The notes beneath the pieces were generated by a model. It was not told where the DNA came from, ran no database searches, and was given only the letters and a program-made list of their open reading frames with translations. The translations under genes and the position numbers were made by a program. Shown one piece after another: positions 29,211 to 40,858 of a DNA stretch of 64,000 nucleotides. Location of the stretch: positions 2,576-66,575 of the forward strand of contig CALUML010000001.1 in assembly GCA_944321745.1 (NCBI GenBank). The letters run 5' to 3'. The stretch is from an uncultured Bacteroidales bacterium. Lineage in GTDB: Bacteria > Bacteroidota > Bacteroidia > Bacteroidales > Paludibacteraceae. The stretch's first letter is position 1. The number at the start of each line of letters is the position of its first letter.

Positions 29211-30338
29211 TCAAAACGCCTCGGTGGCCGTGATGTAGAACTGCAGTTTGTCGTGGTAATTATTCTTGGCAATGTCGAAACGCACATGTACCCGGGCATC
29301 GTTCACCCGGCAGCGGATGCCTGCCCCATAGGCGAATTTCCACTTATCGCTCGCACGGAAAGCGGGAGCTTCAAACACCTCGCCCGTGGCGCAGAACACC
29401 GAACCTTTGAACCGCCAGAACAGGGGGAAGCGGTACTCCGCCTGCGCCGCCACCAACAGGTTGCCCCGGTACATACCCTCACGAAAGCCACGCATCACGT
29501 CGCGCCCGCCCAGCGTGGGCAACAACTGGAAGGGCACGCCCCGGCGGCCAAACGCCCCCTCGGCCAACAACTGCACGGCCAATACCTGCCGCTTGAAGAG
29601 GGGGAAATAATGCCGCACGTCCGCCGACACCTGCTGCACGGAGTAGGTACTGCCCCACCCCGCCACCGCCACTGCCGCCACACCCTTGGCATACACGCCC
29701 CGGTAGGGATAAAAAGCATTGTCGCGGCTGTCGAACGTGGCCGCCACGCCCACAGCGGTCTGCACATAGGGCGTCCAGCCTGCCAGCCCGTAGCGGTCGT
29801 ACACGGCGGCTTCGGCCTCAGGCGAACCAAACGTGGTCTTCACATGCTCGAAATGCGCCTCCACATGCGGTCCCACGTAGAAATGGCGCGTCACGGCATA
29901 CTGCGGCTGCAACAACACCGACACCGCCCGCGACGTGTAGGCCTCCTCCACCGGCTGGCGGTCGCCCCCCACCCCGTAAAAATAATCGGGGTATTTGCGC
30001 ACGTTGAGGTTGGAGTACAAATACCATTGGTGCTCTTTGCCAAAGTAGAGCTTAGGCTCGGCATGGAACATGAACTGATGTCGGAGAGTATAAACCACAC
30101 TGCCGGAAATGGAACTGATGCGGCTCAGGTCGCGGCTCTTGAAGTAATAGCCGTAGGCCACCCCCGGCGCCCAGCTCGTTTCCTGCTGGTACGAGGCGTG
30201 CGGAATGACAAACAGACTGCTGCGCGATGCGATGCTGTCCGCCCCGCCCGCCCGCAGGGAGACCGCCAAGACCAGGTACAAGGCCAGCAGGCACACGGCC
30301 CTTTCCCCACGTAACCGCGCAAAAACGACATCAGCCAT
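29211..30338 (-). CDS. Omp85/BamA-TamA-superfamily barrel-only outer-membrane protein
   Basis: FDSRDN.FYP.RG, LGG.DVMRG and EYRFP motifs; C-terminal EAF. Alternative start at 30401. Confidence 0.85.
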   Translation of the reverse strand: MADVVFARLRGERAVCLLALYLVLAVSLRAGGADSIASRSSLFVIPHASYQQETSWAPGVAYGYYFKSRDLSRISSISGSVVYTLRHQFMFHAEPKLYFGKEHQWYLYSNLNVRKYPDYFYGVGGDRQPVEEAYTSRAVSVLLQPQYAVTRHFYVGPHVEAHFEHVKTTFGSPEAEAAVYDRYGLAGWTPYVQTAVGVAATFDSRDNAFYPYRGVYAKGVAAVAVAGWGSTYSVQQVSADVRHYFPLFKRQVLAVQLLAEGAFGRRGVPFQLLPTLGGRDVMRGFREGMYRGNLLVAAQAEYRFPLFWRFKGSVFCATGEVFEAPAFRASDKWKFAYGAGIRCRVNDARVHVRFDIAKNNYHDKLQFYITATEAF

Positions 30339-30397
30339 CCCAAACTCCTTGAGATGGCTGGCTGGTTCTTTTTTATGAAAATTTATCGGCATCCGCC

Positions 30398-30958
30398 TCA
30401 CACCGTCATGATTTCCTTCTCCTTCTCGGCAAGCATTTCATCCACTTTCTTGATGTACTTGTCGTGTATCTTCTGCACTTCGGCTTCGGTGTCCTTGCCC
30501 ACGTCTTCGGGCAGCCCGTCTTTCACCAATTTCTTAATCTGCTCGATGGCATCACGGCGGGCGTTGCGCACGCTTATCTTGGCATCTTCACCTTCGCTGC
30601 GGGCCTGCTTCACCAGCTGCTTGCGCCGTTCCTCCGTGAGAGGGGGAATGGCCAGGCGTATCACCTCACCGTTGTTGGCCGGGGTAATGCCCACTTCAGA
30701 GTCCAATATCGCCTTTTCTATCACGGGAATCATGTTTCGCTCCCACGGCTGGATGGCTATCGTCTTCGCATCGGGCGTGGTGACGGTCGCCACATTGCTC
30801 AAGGGAACGGACGAACCGTAATAATCCACCCGGATACCGTCCAGGATGCGGGGATTGGCTTTCCCCGCCCGGATATGTGCCAAAGCCTCGTCCAGGAACA
30901 GCACCGTGCCGTCCATGCTTTCCCGCGCTTTGTCCAAATAAGGTTTTACATCTACCAT
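30398..30958 (-). CDS. frr: Ribosome recycling factor
   Basis: [20 protein letters not shown] and RNARRDA motifs. Confidence 0.97.
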   Translation of the reverse strand: MVDVKPYLDKARESMDGTVLFLDEALAHIRAGKANPRILDGIRVDYYGSSVPLSNVATVTTPDAKTIAIQPWERNMIPVIEKAILDSEVGITPANNGEVIRLAIPPLTEERRKQLVKQARSEGEDAKISVRNARRDAIEQIKKLVKDGLPEDVGKDTEAEVQKIHDKYIKKVDEMLAEKEKEIMTV

Positions 30959-30989
30959 AATCAGAGTCGTTTTATTGTTTGTTTCCAGT

Positions 30990-31700
30990 TCAATTCTTCA
31001 CTAATGTGCCGATCTTTTCACCTCGCAGCACCTTCATCAGGTTACCGGGCGTGTCCATGTCGAACACGTAAATCGGCATGTTGTTCTCCTTGCACATGGT
31101 CGTGGCGGTCAGGTCCATCACCCGCAAGTTGCGGTTGTAAATCTCATCATAGGTGATTTCGTCAAACTTCACCGCCGTGGGGTCTTTCTCCGGGTCGGCC
31201 GTGTAGATGCCGTCCACACGCGTACCCTTAAGCATCACGTCGGCCTCCACCTCGATGGCCCGCAGGGACGAGCCGGTGTCGGTAGTGAAGAACGGGTTGC
31301 CCGTGCCCCCCGACAAGATGACCACTTCACCCTGCTCCAAGGCCGCTACCGCCTTCTGCTTGCTGTAATACTCGCCTATCGGCTCCATGCGGATGGCCGT
31401 GAGCACGCGCGACTTCACGCCCGCCGCCTGCAAGGCCGAATTCAAGGCCAAACTGTTGATAACCGTGGCCAACATCCCCATCTGGTCACCCTGCACGCGG
31501 TCGAAACCTTTCGCCGTGCCGCTCAACCCACGGAAAATATTGCCCCCGCCTATCACGATGGCTACCTGCACGCCCATGCGCACCGCCTCGGCTATCTGGC
31601 CTGCATACTCGGCCAACCGCTTCTCATCGATGCCGTACTGCTTTGCCCCCATCAAGGACTCGCCGCTTAACTTCAGCAATATACGTTTGAACACTGCCAT
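30990..31700 (-). CDS. pyrH: UMP kinase
   Basis: [15 protein letters not shown] and GNPFFTTD motifs; TACATTTG at 31727-31720. Confidence 0.97.
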   Translation of the reverse strand: MAVFKRILLKLSGESLMGAKQYGIDEKRLAEYAGQIAEAVRMGVQVAIVIGGGNIFRGLSGTAKGFDRVQGDQMGMLATVINSLALNSALQAAGVKSRVLTAIRMEPIGEYYSKQKAVAALEQGEVVILSGGTGNPFFTTDTGSSLRAIEVEADVMLKGTRVDGIYTADPEKDPTAVKFDEITYDEIYNRNLRVMDLTATTMCKENNMPIYVFDMDTPGNLMKVLRGEKIGTLVKN

Positions 31701-31885
31701 ATCGAATGTAAAAGTCGGACAAATGTAGGGATTTTGATTTGCATATACAAGAGTCTGGGCAAATAACCCGCACAAGTCCGGGGATAAGATGCCATATCCG
31801 CGCAAAGCAGGCACTTTATCTTTCGGGGAAATGGGCGAAGCGCGTTTCTGTTTTCGCCAGCAGATATTTTCCCGTTCATGCGGGA

Positions 31886-32031
31886 ATGTTTTCCCATTTA
31901 TGCGGATAAGTTTTACTGCCCACAGTTATGGGTCGTACAACCCATAACTGTGAGTTGTACGACCCACAACTGTGGGTTATATAACCCATAACTGTGGGCA
32001 GTAAAACTTATCCGTATAAATGGGAAAACAT
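31886..32031. repeat. Large palindrome containing four 22-bp palindromic units (CCCAYA-NN-TRTGGG)
   Basis: Near-perfect ~47-bp arms; units start at 31919, 31941, 31963 and 31985; flanked by further 22-bp AAACATCTGCTG repeats. Confidence 0.85.
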
Positions 32032-32302
32032 CTGCTGGCAAATAAGCAAACATCTGCTGACAAATTGGAAAACATCCGCGCACCATCCAGGAAACATGTG
32101 CTTGCAGATGAGCCGGGAGGGGGAAGAGCATGGGATGACAAACTATCCTGGTACCGCCTCTACATGTCTTTATCGCGCCCCACATGGCATGAGAAAAACC
32201 AGTCGCACGGACAGCAAGAAGCCGGAACGAGGAGACTGCACACATTGTCCACCCCACGTTCCACCACGCCAGGCTCGCATTGCCAATCGCGCAACCAGCA
32301 AC

Positions 32303-32339
32303 AAAAAAAGGCGAGATAAATAATTATCTCGCCTTTTTT
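32303..32339 (-). terminator. Bidirectional intrinsic terminator after rplQ
   Basis: AAAAAAGGCGAGATAA-ataa-TTATCTCGCCTTTTTT. Confidence 0.9.
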
Positions 32340-32364
32340 GTTATCCATTTCAAGGGAAATCGTC

Positions 32365-32892
32365 TTATTCTGCGGCTTTTTCTTCCGCTGCCGGTTCAGC
32401 TTGCGCTGCGGGTTCATCAGCTACAACTTCCGTTTTAGGAGCCTCCTCCGGCTTGGCCGCATCCGCTGTTGCCTTGGCACCACCACGACGCGTACGTCTG
32501 GTTTTCTTCGCCGCCTTTTCCTTCAACATGTTTTCATTGTAATCCACCAGCTCGATAATGCACATCTCCGCACCGTCACCTTGACGGAAACCCGTGCGCA
32601 GAATACGCGTGTATCCACCCGGACGATCCGCTATCTTCACACTTATCTCGCGGAACAATTCCGTCACAGCATATTTATTCTGCAAGTGCTTGAACACTTG
32701 GCGGCGCGAATTGGTCGTGTCCTCTTTAGACTTGGTCAGAAGCGGTTCCACATAAACTCGCAACGCCTTTGCCTTGGGCAAGGTGGTCGCAATGCGCTTG
32801 TGCATAATCAGCGAACAAGCCATGTTCGAGAGCAATGCATGGCGGTGAGCCGACTTACGGCCTAAATGATTAAATTTCTTATTATGTCTCAT
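32365..32892 (-). CDS. rplQ: 50S ribosomal protein L17
   Basis: [12 protein letters not shown]...RPGGYTRI. Confidence 0.97.
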   Translation of the reverse strand: MRHNKKFNHLGRKSAHRHALLSNMACSLIMHKRIATTLPKAKALRVYVEPLLTKSKEDTTNSRRQVFKHLQNKYAVTELFREISVKIADRPGGYTRILRTGFRQGDGAEMCIIELVDYNENMLKEKAAKKTRRTRRGGAKATADAAKPEEAPKTEVVADEPAAQAEPAAEEKAAE

Positions 32893-32898
32893 TTTGTA

Positions 32899-33891
32899 CT
32901 ACTCTTTATCCAATTTATACTTAGAAATATCCATTCCGAAAGACAGGTTCAGACTTTCCAGTTTCTCGTCCAACTCCGTCAACGACTTTTTGCCAAAATT
33001 GCGGAACTTCAACAGATCATTGCGATGATATGAAACCAATTGCCCTAATGTTTCCACATCAGCTGCTTTCAAACAATTCAACGCACGAACAGACAAATCC
33101 AAATCCGTCAGCTTTTGCTTCAACAATTGGCGCATGTGCAAAATTTCCTCATCGAATTCTTCGCTTTCTTCCGTCTTGGTTTGCTCTATGGAAATCTTTT
33201 CATCGGAGAAAAGCATGAAGTGATAAATCAAGATCTTCGCCGCTTCCTTCAACGCTTCTTTCGGATGAATCGAACCATCCGTACTGATTTCCAACACCAA
33301 CTTTTCATAATCCGTCACTTGTTCTACACGGTAGTTTTCCACCGAATATTTCACGTTACGGATTGGTGTGAAGATGGCATCGACAGGAATAACTCCGATT
33401 TCCGCATTCGGATTGCGGCTTTCTTCCGCCGGAAGGTAACCACGTCCTTTGTTGACAGTTATTTCTATTTGGAAATTAGCCGTTTCATCCAATGTACAAA
33501 TAACCAATTCCGGATTAAGCACTTCGAAACCTGTAAAATGCTTACCAATATCACCCGCTTTGAAAACAGTGGCTCCCGAAACCGCGATTGTCACTTTTTC
33601 AGTGTCCATGTTTTCGACAACCTGCTTGAAACGCACCTGCTTCAAATTCAAAATGATATTTGTAACATCATCGATGACACCGGGAATGGTTGCAAACTCA
33701 TGGTCGACTCCCTCAATTCGGATGGAAGTGATAGCAAAACCTTCCAACGAAGACAAAAGGATACGACGCAGAGCGTTACCGATAGTGATACCATAACCAG
33801 GTTCCAACGGACGAAATTCAAATTTGCCTTGAAAAGCATCCGCTTCCAACATGATCACTTTATCGGGTTTTTGAAATGCCAATATAGCCAT
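32899..33891 (-). CDS. rpoA: RNA polymerase alpha subunit
   Basis: [22 protein letters not shown] and LSVRALNCL motifs. Confidence 0.98.
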   Translation of the reverse strand: MAILAFQKPDKVIMLEADAFQGKFEFRPLEPGYGITIGNALRRILLSSLEGFAITSIRIEGVDHEFATIPGVIDDVTNIILNLKQVRFKQVVENMDTEKVTIAVSGATVFKAGDIGKHFTGFEVLNPELVICTLDETANFQIEITVNKGRGYLPAEESRNPNAEIGVIPVDAIFTPIRNVKYSVENYRVEQVTDYEKLVLEISTDGSIHPKEALKEAAKILIYHFMLFSDEKISIEQTKTEESEEFDEEILHMRQLLKQKLTDLDLSVRALNCLKAADVETLGQLVSYHRNDLLKFRNFGKKSLTELDEKLESLNLSFGMDISKYKLDKE

Positions 33892-33956
33892 GGATATTTT
33901 ATAATTTGAATTTTACTTGAAGTTCTTTAATTGTCAAAATGCACCGAAACTATTCA

Positions 33957-34565
33957 CTAGTTCTTAGAATACAATTCAACAATCAACTGCTCTTTAATGT
34001 TTTCTGGAATGTCTTCACGTTCCGGAACATGCAAGAAAGTTCCTCCCATGATAGCGGCATTCCATTCAATCCAAGGATATTTGCTGTGGTTAAAACCATT
34101 CAACGCATTGGCAATAACTTCCATCGATTTGTCCTTTTCACGAACAGCAACCACATGCCCCGGCTTCACTTGGAAAGACGGTATGTTCACCACCTTACCA
34201 TCCACCGTGATGTGCCGGTGAGACACCAATTGACGGGCGGCAGCGCGAGTCGGTGCAAGTCCCAACCGATAAACCACATTATCCAAACGGCATTCCAGCA
34301 ACTGTAACAATATAACCCCCGTCACACCCGGAGTACGCTGAGCTTTTTCATAGGTAATGCGGAATTGTCTTTCCAACACCCCATATGTATATTTTGCTTT
34401 TTGCTTTTCGCGCAACTGAACACCGTATTCCGAAGTTTTACGACGACGCGTATTGCCATGCTGTCCAGGAGGATAGTTTTTCTTAGACAAAACCTTGTCT
34501 GGACCGAAAATAGGTTCACCAAACTTGCGCGCAATCTTTGATTTTGGGCCAATATATCTTGCCAT
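33957..34565 (-). CDS. rpsD: 30S ribosomal protein S4
   Basis: PPGQHG and [13 protein letters not shown] motifs. Confidence 0.98.
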   Translation of the reverse strand: MARYIGPKSKIARKFGEPIFGPDKVLSKKNYPPGQHGNTRRRKTSEYGVQLREKQKAKYTYGVLERQFRITYEKAQRTPGVTGVILLQLLECRLDNVVYRLGLAPTRAAARQLVSHRHITVDGKVVNIPSFQVKPGHVVAVREKDKSMEVIANALNGFNHSKYPWIEWNAAIMGGTFLHVPEREDIPENIKEQLIVELYSKN

Positions 34566-34724
34566 TTTATTTCTATTTTAAGTTGATTAAATCATCCTTC
34601 CGATGAAACCATAAAGCTCATTACAGCCGCAGTTGCCGAGAGGTAAAAAGGCAACCCAAAATGCTCCCCACAGCCACATCGCAGGATATTCATTATCCGA
34701 TCACAAAATAGGATAGCGGTTTTA
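34566..34724 (-). promoter_or_regulatory. Putative S4 ribosomal leader RNA upstream of rpsD
   Basis: 159-nt gap with GCAACTGCGGCTGTAAT resembling the 16S 530 region; position fits the S4-Bacteroidia leader. Confidence 0.45.
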
Positions 34725-35114
34725 TTAAACTCTTCTGCGCTTAGGCGGCCGACAACCATTATGCGGAAGCGGAGTAACATCGATGATTTCCGTCACTTCC
34801 ACCCCGGCACCATGCACGGTACGAATGGCAGATTCACGACCGTTGCCAGGTCCCTTTACATAAGCTTTCACTTTCCTCAAGCCCAAGTCGTAGGCCACTT
34901 TCGCACAATCCTGCGCAGCCATCTGAGCTGCATAAGGTGTATTTTTCTTCGAGCCACGGAACCCCATCTTACCTGCAGAAGACCACGAAATGACTTGTCC
35001 GTCCCCGTTCGTAATTGTCACTATGATGTTGTTGAATGACGAATGAACATGCAACTGTCCGACCCCATCCACTTTAACAACTCTTTTTTTGGCTGCAACT
35101 GTTTTCTTTGCCAT
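34725..35114 (-). CDS. rpsK: 30S ribosomal protein S11
   Basis: [13 protein letters not shown] and [18 protein letters not shown] motifs. Confidence 0.98.
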   Translation of the reverse strand: MAKKTVAAKKRVVKVDGVGQLHVHSSFNNIIVTITNGDGQVISWSSAGKMGFRGSKKNTPYAAQMAAQDCAKVAYDLGLRKVKAYVKGPGNGRESAIRTVHGAGVEVTEIIDVTPLPHNGCRPPKRRRV

Positions 35115-35156
35115 GTCTATAGTTTTACTAAAATTCGCTAATTGTTAACACCTCAA

Positions 35157-35537
35157 TTATTTGGTTGCTTTCTTCTTGTTGGCAACAGTCTTCTTCTTGC
35201 CTTTGCGGGTGCGAGCATTGTTCTTCGTACTCTGGCCACGCACAGGAAGACCCAGACGGTGACGGATACCACGGTAACACCCGATATCCATTAAGCGCTT
35301 AATGTTCAACTGAACTTCAGAACGCAAATCACCTTCCACCTTGTATTGGGCACCGATAATTTCACGTATTTTAGCTGCTTGGTCATCAGTCCAATCTTTT
35401 ACCTTGATGTCAAAATCGACACCAGCTTCAGTCAAGATTTTTCTTGCACTACTGCGACCTATTCCGTAGATATAAGTCAATCCAACTTCCCCTCTCTTGT
35501 TTTGGGGCAAATCTACTCCGACGATTCTTATTGCCAT
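35157..35537 (-). CDS. rpsM: 30S ribosomal protein S13
   Basis: IYGIGR and [18 protein letters not shown] motifs. Confidence 0.98.
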   Translation of the reverse strand: MAIRIVGVDLPQNKRGEVGLTYIYGIGRSSARKILTEAGVDFDIKVKDWTDDQAAKIREIIGAQYKVEGDLRSEVQLNIKRLMDIGCYRGIRHRLGLPVRGQSTKNNARTRKGKKKTVANKKKATK

Positions 35538-35563
35538 AAACTATTCTTTTGCAATTAATTTTG

Positions 35564-35680
35564 TTATCCCTGACGCTGTTTAAACTTAGGGTTCTTTTTG
35601 TTAATAACGTACAAACGTCCTTTTCTGCGAACTATCTTGCAGTCTTCAGAACGCTTTTTGATAGAAGCTCTTACTTTCAT
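35564..35680 (-). CDS. rpmJ: 50S ribosomal protein L36 (type B, zinc-free)
   Basis: Manual translation [38 protein letters not shown]; below the ORF-track size cutoff. Confidence 0.95.
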   Translation of the reverse strand: MKVRASIKKRSEDCKIVRRKGRLYVINKKNPKFKQRQG

Positions 35681-35751
35681 ATTGTCTCTTAATTATTTCA
35701 GAATTTCCACTTACGAAAAACGACACGCCGCAAGGCATGCATTCTTTACTC

Positions 35752-35970
35752 TTATTTATACCTAAACGAAATTCGTCCTTTGGATAAGTCATACGGGGAC
35801 ATTTCCACTTTCACCTTATCTCCGGGCAAAATCTTGATGTAATGCATACGCATTTTTCCTGAAATATGGGCTGTTATCACATGCCCATTTTCCAACTCAA
35901 CACGAAACATCGCATTAGACAATGCCTCGATAATAGTACCATCTTGTTCTATTGCTTCTTGCTTCGCCAT
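35752..35970 (-). CDS. infA: Translation initiation factor IF-1
   Basis: [11 protein letters not shown]...[18 protein letters not shown]; internal TACTTTTG promoter at 35999-35992. Confidence 0.97.
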   Translation of the reverse strand: MAKQEAIEQDGTIIEALSNAMFRVELENGHVITAHISGKMRMHYIKILPGDKVKVEMSPYDLSKGRISFRYK

Positions 35971-36042
35971 AAGCCATTTTCTTTCGGACTGCAAAAGTAC
36001 AACTTTTTCACCAGTATTCAATACTTCTCCAGCTATTTATAA

Positions 36043-36828
36043 TCAAATCGCCTTGTCTCCCAGCACTTCTTCTATATATTGAAAACCGGATAAAATATCG
36101 GCTTTCCCATGACGTATCGCAACCGAATGCTCAAAATGCGCAGAAGGCTTGCGGTCAATCGTGCGAACCGTCCATCCGTCTCGTTCAAAAACAACATTCC
36201 GCCGACCCAAATTAATCATGGGCTCAATGGCAATTGTCATGCCCGACTTTAACACCGGTCCATTGCCCTTACGCCCATAATTCGGAACCTCCGGCGATTC
36301 ATGCAATTCTCGTCCGACTCCATGACCAACCAATTCGCGCACCACTGAGTAACCTCTTGCTTCGCAATACGTTTGGATGGCATTTCCTATATCGCCTAAC
36401 CGATGTCCCTCCACCGCACACTCAATCCCTTTGTACAAAGACTCTTTTGTGGCTTTCAACAAAGCCACTGTTTCAGGAGCAACCTCCCCCACACAGAAAG
36501 TGTAAGCAGAATCTCCGTGGAAACCATTGATATATGCTCCAACATCAACAGACACAATGTCCCCCTCCTGCAAAACAACCTTCTCGGATGGAATGCCATG
36601 CACAACTTGTTCATTTACCGATGTGCAAATGGATTTTGGAAAGCCGTCCTGACCCAAAAAGCCAGGCACGGCACCATTATCCCGAATAAATTCGTCTGCA
36701 ATCTTATCCAAATAAGCCGTTGTAACACCAGGAGCAATTATCTTGGCCAACTCACCCAAAGTCTTTGCTATGATCTGATTGCTTATGCGAAGCAGCTCAA
36801 TTTCCTCGTCAGACTTCAAGAAAATCAT
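36043..36828 (-). CDS. map: Methionine aminopeptidase type I
   Basis: VVHGIP, GHGVG, AIEPM and SAHFEH motifs. Confidence 0.97.
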   Translation of the reverse strand: MIFLKSDEEIELLRISNQIIAKTLGELAKIIAPGVTTAYLDKIADEFIRDNGAVPGFLGQDGFPKSICTSVNEQVVHGIPSEKVVLQEGDIVSVDVGAYINGFHGDSAYTFCVGEVAPETVALLKATKESLYKGIECAVEGHRLGDIGNAIQTYCEARGYSVVRELVGHGVGRELHESPEVPNYGRKGNGPVLKSGMTIAIEPMINLGRRNVVFERDGWTVRTIDRKPSAHFEHSVAIRHGKADILSGFQYIEEVLGDKAI

Positions 36829-36842
36829 TCGGTATTCCTCCC

Positions 36843-38183
36843 TTAATAAGCAGCCACACTACCTGTTCTCCCTTTAATTCTACCCGATTTAAGCAGACCA
36901 TCGTAGTGGTGCATCAGCAGATGGCTTTCAATCTGCTGCAACGTGTCCAATACAACACCTACCAAAATCAGCAAGGAAGTACCTCCAAAGAATTGGGCGA
37001 ATTCTTGGTTAATTCCCAACAAGGAGGCCAAAGCCGGCATCACCGCCACTATAGCCAAGAAGAAAGACCCAGGCAAAGTAATACGCGACATGATTGTGTC
37101 AAGATATTCCGCAGTCTTTTTACCCGGCTTAATACCCGGGATGAAGCCATTGTTCCGCTTCAGGTCTTCGGCCATCTGCGTCGGATTTATCGTCACCGCG
37201 GTGTAGAAATAAGTAAACGCAATGATCAATATCGCAAACACCAGATTATACCAAAAACCATTATTGTTCATAAAGGCAGCCCAAAAGCCCCCGATGCCTT
37301 CCGAATTGGCAAAACCAACTATCGTAATAGGAATAAACATAATAGCCTGGGCAAATATGATAGGCATAACCCCTGCCGCATTCACTTTCAATGGAATGTA
37401 TTGGCGCACACCTCCATATTGCTTATTTCCCACGACCCGCTTGGCATATTGCACAGGTATCTTGCGAGTGCCTTGCACCAACAAAATAGAAGCAGCAATA
37501 ACGAACAGCAAGAAAATGATTTCCAGCAAGAACATGATCAAACCGCCTCCCTGGTCGGTCAGACGGAAAGCAAACTCCGTGACAACCGCACTCGGGAAAC
37601 GGGCGATAATCCCCACCAAGATAATAAACGAAATACCATTGCCGATGCCTTTGTCCGTTATGCGTTCACCCAACCACATGACAAACATGCTTCCCGCACA
37701 AAGAATCAAGGTAGACGACAGGCTGAACCAGAACCCAGAGGGGAAAGCTGCACCCGCCTGAGCCATCTGCACTTTCAGGTTTACCAAATAAGAAGGTCCC
37801 TGCAACAGCAAAATGGCAACAGTCAAGTAACGGGTTATCTGATTCATCTTGCGACGTCCGCTTTCGCCTTCACGTTGCATCTTTTGGAAATAAGGCACTG
37901 CTATCGTAAGCAGCTGGATCACGATGGATGCTGAGATATAGGGCATAATACCCAATGCAAAAATAGATGCATTGGCAAACGCCCCTCCCGAAAACATGTT
38001 TAATAAGCCCAGCAAGCCTCCACTGGTCTGAGCCTTCAAGGCCGTCAAAGCTCCGGGATCGATACCTGGAAGAATAACAAAAGAGCCAAAGCGATAGATT
38101 AAAACAAACAAGAACGTTGTTATTAACCGACCACGCAGGTCTTCTATCTTCCAAATATTTTTAATCGTCTCAATGAATCTCAT
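36843..38183 (-). CDS. secY: Preprotein translocase subunit SecY
   Basis: FALGIMPYISASI, GIGNGIS and GGTSLLILVGV motifs. Confidence 0.98.
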   Translation of the reverse strand: MRFIETIKNIWKIEDLRGRLITTFLFVLIYRFGSFVILPGIDPGALTALKAQTSGGLLGLLNMFSGGAFANASIFALGIMPYISASIVIQLLTIAVPYFQKMQREGESGRRKMNQITRYLTVAILLLQGPSYLVNLKVQMAQAGAAFPSGFWFSLSSTLILCAGSMFVMWLGERITDKGIGNGISFIILVGIIARFPSAVVTEFAFRLTDQGGGLIMFLLEIIFLLFVIAASILLVQGTRKIPVQYAKRVVGNKQYGGVRQYIPLKVNAAGVMPIIFAQAIMFIPITIVGFANSEGIGGFWAAFMNNNGFWYNLVFAILIIAFTYFYTAVTINPTQMAEDLKRNNGFIPGIKPGKKTAEYLDTIMSRITLPGSFFLAIVAVMPALASLLGINQEFAQFFGGTSLLILVGVVLDTLQQIESHLLMHHYDGLLKSGRIKGRTGSVAAY

Positions 38184-38186
38184 GCG

Positions 38187-38633
38187 TTATAATTTTGTTA
38201 TGGTTCCACCTGCTGCAGTGATGGCTTCTTCTGCAGATTTCGAGAAAGCATGTGCTTCAACATCCACTTTCTTGGTCAAAGTACCTTTGCCCAATATTTT
38301 CACCAAAGTTGACTTCGAAGCATACCCGGCTTCCCTCAATTCGTTCAAACCGATCTTAGTCAGATTCTTGTCGGTAGCCAACGCTTCCAGAATCTCAATA
38401 TTGATCGCCTTGTATTCAACGCGGTTGATATTCTTAAAGCCGTATTTGGGCAAGCGACGCTGAATAGGCATCTGCCCGCCTTCAAACCCAATCTTGTTGG
38501 AATATCCAGAGCGCGACTTTGCGCCCTTATGACCTCTTGTAGATGTGCCACCCAATCCAGAACCAGGACCACGCCCTATTCTTTTTCTTGACCTTACAGA
38601 ACCGGCAGCCGGGGTTAAGCTATTTAAATTCAT
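38187..38633 (-). CDS. rplO: 50S ribosomal protein L15
   Basis: GRGPGSG and GFEGGQMP motifs. Confidence 0.98.
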   Translation of the reverse strand: MNLNSLTPAAGSVRSRKRIGRGPGSGLGGTSTRGHKGAKSRSGYSNKIGFEGGQMPIQRRLPKYGFKNINRVEYKAINIEILEALATDKNLTKIGLNELREAGYASKSTLVKILGKGTLTKKVDVEAHAFSKSAEEAITAAGGTITKL

Positions 38634-38731
38634 ATTTCTAAACCTATTTTCATGGAATTAAAATTAAGAAGCAAGAACACTTTCGCCATTCTTGACTTCT
38701 TAATTTATCATTCCATCGTTGTTAATACATT

Positions 38732-38908
38732 TTATTTTATAACCTCAACCAAGTGTCTTACTTTTTGCACCATTCCCAAAATAGAAGGAGTTGCCTCATG
38801 CTCAACTACGGCATTTATTTTTCTCAAACCAAGAGCTTCCAACGTCCGTCGCTGATCCTTGGGAACATTAATTTTACTCCTAACTTGCTTTACTTGTATC
38901 TTTGCCAT
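38732..38908 (-). CDS. rpmD: 50S ribosomal protein L30
   Basis: MAKIQVKQVRS...ALGLRKIN. Confidence 0.95.
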   Translation of the reverse strand: MAKIQVKQVRSKINVPKDQRRTLEALGLRKINAVVEHEATPSILGMVQKVRHLVEVIK

Positions 38909-38918
38909 AATCTTACCA

Positions 38919-39437
38919 TTATCCATTAAACACTTTACTTAACGACACACCTCTGTTTTGAGCAACCGTGTTGGCATCACGCAGTTCCGCCAAAGCCGCC
39001 ATGGTAGCCTTCACCAAATTGTGCGGGTTGGAAGACCCCTTCGACTTGGCCAACACATCGGTAACGCCCACGCTTTCCAGTACGGCACGCATAGCACCAC
39101 CTGCCTTCACGCCTGTACCGGGAGATGCCGGCTGGATGTATACTTGCGCTCCCCCAAACTTGGCCAACTGTTCATGCGGGATGGTGCCTTTCAGCACCGG
39201 CACTTTAATCAAGTTTTTCTTCGCGGCCTCGGTTCCCTTAGCTATCGCGGCAGTAACTTCACCCGCCTTGCCAAGACCCCAACCTACAATGCCATTCTCA
39301 TTACCAACGACGACTATCGCAGAAAAGCTGAATGTACGCCCCCCCTTTGTCACTTTCGTGACACGGTTCACGGCAACCAGCCGATCTTTCAATTCCAAGT
39401 CACTTGTTGTCTTAACTCTATTCATATTTGTTGCCAT
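38919..39437 (-). CDS. rpsE: 30S ribosomal protein S5
   Basis: [10 protein letters not shown] motif. Confidence 0.98.
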   Translation of the reverse strand: MATNMNRVKTTSDLELKDRLVAVNRVTKVTKGGRTFSFSAIVVVGNENGIVGWGLGKAGEVTAAIAKGTEAAKKNLIKVPVLKGTIPHEQLAKFGGAQVYIQPASPGTGVKAGGAMRAVLESVGVTDVLAKSKGSSNPHNLVKATMAALAELRDANTVAQNRGVSLSKVFNG

Positions 39438-39443
39438 ACCTGA

Positions 39444-39788
39444 TTAAAATTTAAGCCCGCCTTCACGTGCAGCGTCAGCCAATTGTTTAACACGTCCATG
39501 ATACAAATAACCATTGCGGTCAAATACCACTTCCTTTACACCAGCTTCCTGCGCCACCTTTGCTATCAAGGCACCGACCTTGGCGGCCTGTTCGGTCTTG
39601 TTCATTTTTTCTTTCATGCCCAACGATGAAGCAGCCGCCAATGTTTTTCCAGCCACATCATCTATTACTTGGACATAAATCTGCGTGTTACTGCGGAACA
39701 CGCTCATACGGGGTCTTTGAGCCGTACCCGACACTTTGTGGCGGATATGGGCTTTTATTCTTTTTCTTCTATCTGTTTTTGCACTCAT
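39444..39788 (-). CDS. rplR: 50S ribosomal protein L18
   Basis: [13 protein letters not shown] motif. Confidence 0.98.
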   Translation of the reverse strand: MSAKTDRRKRIKAHIRHKVSGTAQRPRMSVFRSNTQIYVQVIDDVAGKTLAAASSLGMKEKMNKTEQAAKVGALIAKVAQEAGVKEVVFDRNGYLYHGRVKQLADAAREGGLKF

Positions 39789-39809
39789 AATTTCACAAGT
39801 TTACGTAGA

Positions 39810-40361
39810 TTATTTTCCAGCAGACTTACCTGCTTTACGACGAACAACTTCACCTTGGAAGCGAACACCTTTCCCTTTGTAAGGTTCAGGTCTGCGGAAA
39901 GAACGAATTTTTGCGCAAACTTGCCCCAACAGCTGCTTGTCGCAACTGCTCAACGTGATGAGAGGATTTTGGTTGCGTTCCATCTTGGCTTCCACCTTGA
40001 TTTCATTAGGCAACTTCAAGTATATGCTGTGTGTATATCCCAAAGACAATTCCAGCACTTGACCCTGAGCCGAGGCACGATAACCTACGCCTACCAGTTC
40101 CAATACTTTCGTGTAGCCTTCTGAAACCCCTACTACCATATTGTGAATCAATGCGCGATACAAACCATGCATGGCGCGGTTTGCCTTTTCATCGTTCGGA
40201 CGCGTCACATGCACTTCGTTCCCGTCCACGGCGACATTGATATTCGGATTGATCTCTTGTGACAATTCTCCTTTAGGCCCCTTTACGGTGACTACATGAT
40301 CTTTTACCGTTACAGTTACACCGGCAGGAATGTGAACAGGCAATTTCCCAATTCTAGACAT
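39810..40361 (-). CDS. rplF: 50S ribosomal protein L6
   Basis: MSRIGK and PEPYKGKG motifs. Confidence 0.98.
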   Translation of the reverse strand: MSRIGKLPVHIPAGVTVTVKDHVVTVKGPKGELSQEINPNINVAVDGNEVHVTRPNDEKANRAMHGLYRALIHNMVVGVSEGYTKVLELVGVGYRASAQGQVLELSLGYTHSIYLKLPNEIKVEAKMERNQNPLITLSSCDKQLLGQVCAKIRSFRRPEPYKGKGVRFQGEVVRRKAGKSAGK

Positions 40362-40379
40362 ACTACTTTCCTCCTTCCA

Positions 40380-40775
40380 TTAATAGATGTAACATAAAAC
40401 TTCACCACCAACTTTCAACTCCCTCGCTTCTTTATCGCTCATCACGCCTTTGGAAGTAGAAAGAATTGCGATGCCTAAACCATTCAATACACGGGGCATG
40501 TCTTTATAGCCCACGTAACGACGAAGCCCCGGGGTGGAAACCCTCTTCAAATTCCTGATGGCATTCACCTTGTTGACGGGGTCGTACTTCAAAGCAATCT
40601 TGATGGTTCCTTGCGGGCCATCTTCTACAAATTTGTAATTCAGAATATAGCCTTTCTCGTGCAATATTCTGGTCATCTCTTTCTTGAGATTGGATGCGGG
40701 AACTTCCACCACGCGGTGGTTTGCCATAATGGCATTCCGCAATCTGGTCAAATAATCAGCTATTGGATCTGTCAT
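40380..40775 (-). CDS. rpsH: 30S ribosomal protein S8
   Basis: [15 protein letters not shown] and STSKG motifs. Confidence 0.98.
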   Translation of the reverse strand: MTDPIADYLTRLRNAIMANHRVVEVPASNLKKEMTRILHEKGYILNYKFVEDGPQGTIKIALKYDPVNKVNAIRNLKRVSTPGLRRYVGYKDMPRVLNGLGIAILSTSKGVMSDKEARELKVGGEVLCYIY

Positions 40776-40858
40776 ATAACATTGTTTTAAATTGATCCCG
40801 GCTTTCGGGACAATATTTAATCGTTCTATTTTCTCTTCAGAGGTTAAGTCCTCACTTG

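Noticed and set aside
31913-32417. Short ORFs between pyrH and rplQ, and similar ones at 51052-51855 and 62680-63260
   Set aside because: They translate repeat DNA and lack coding character.
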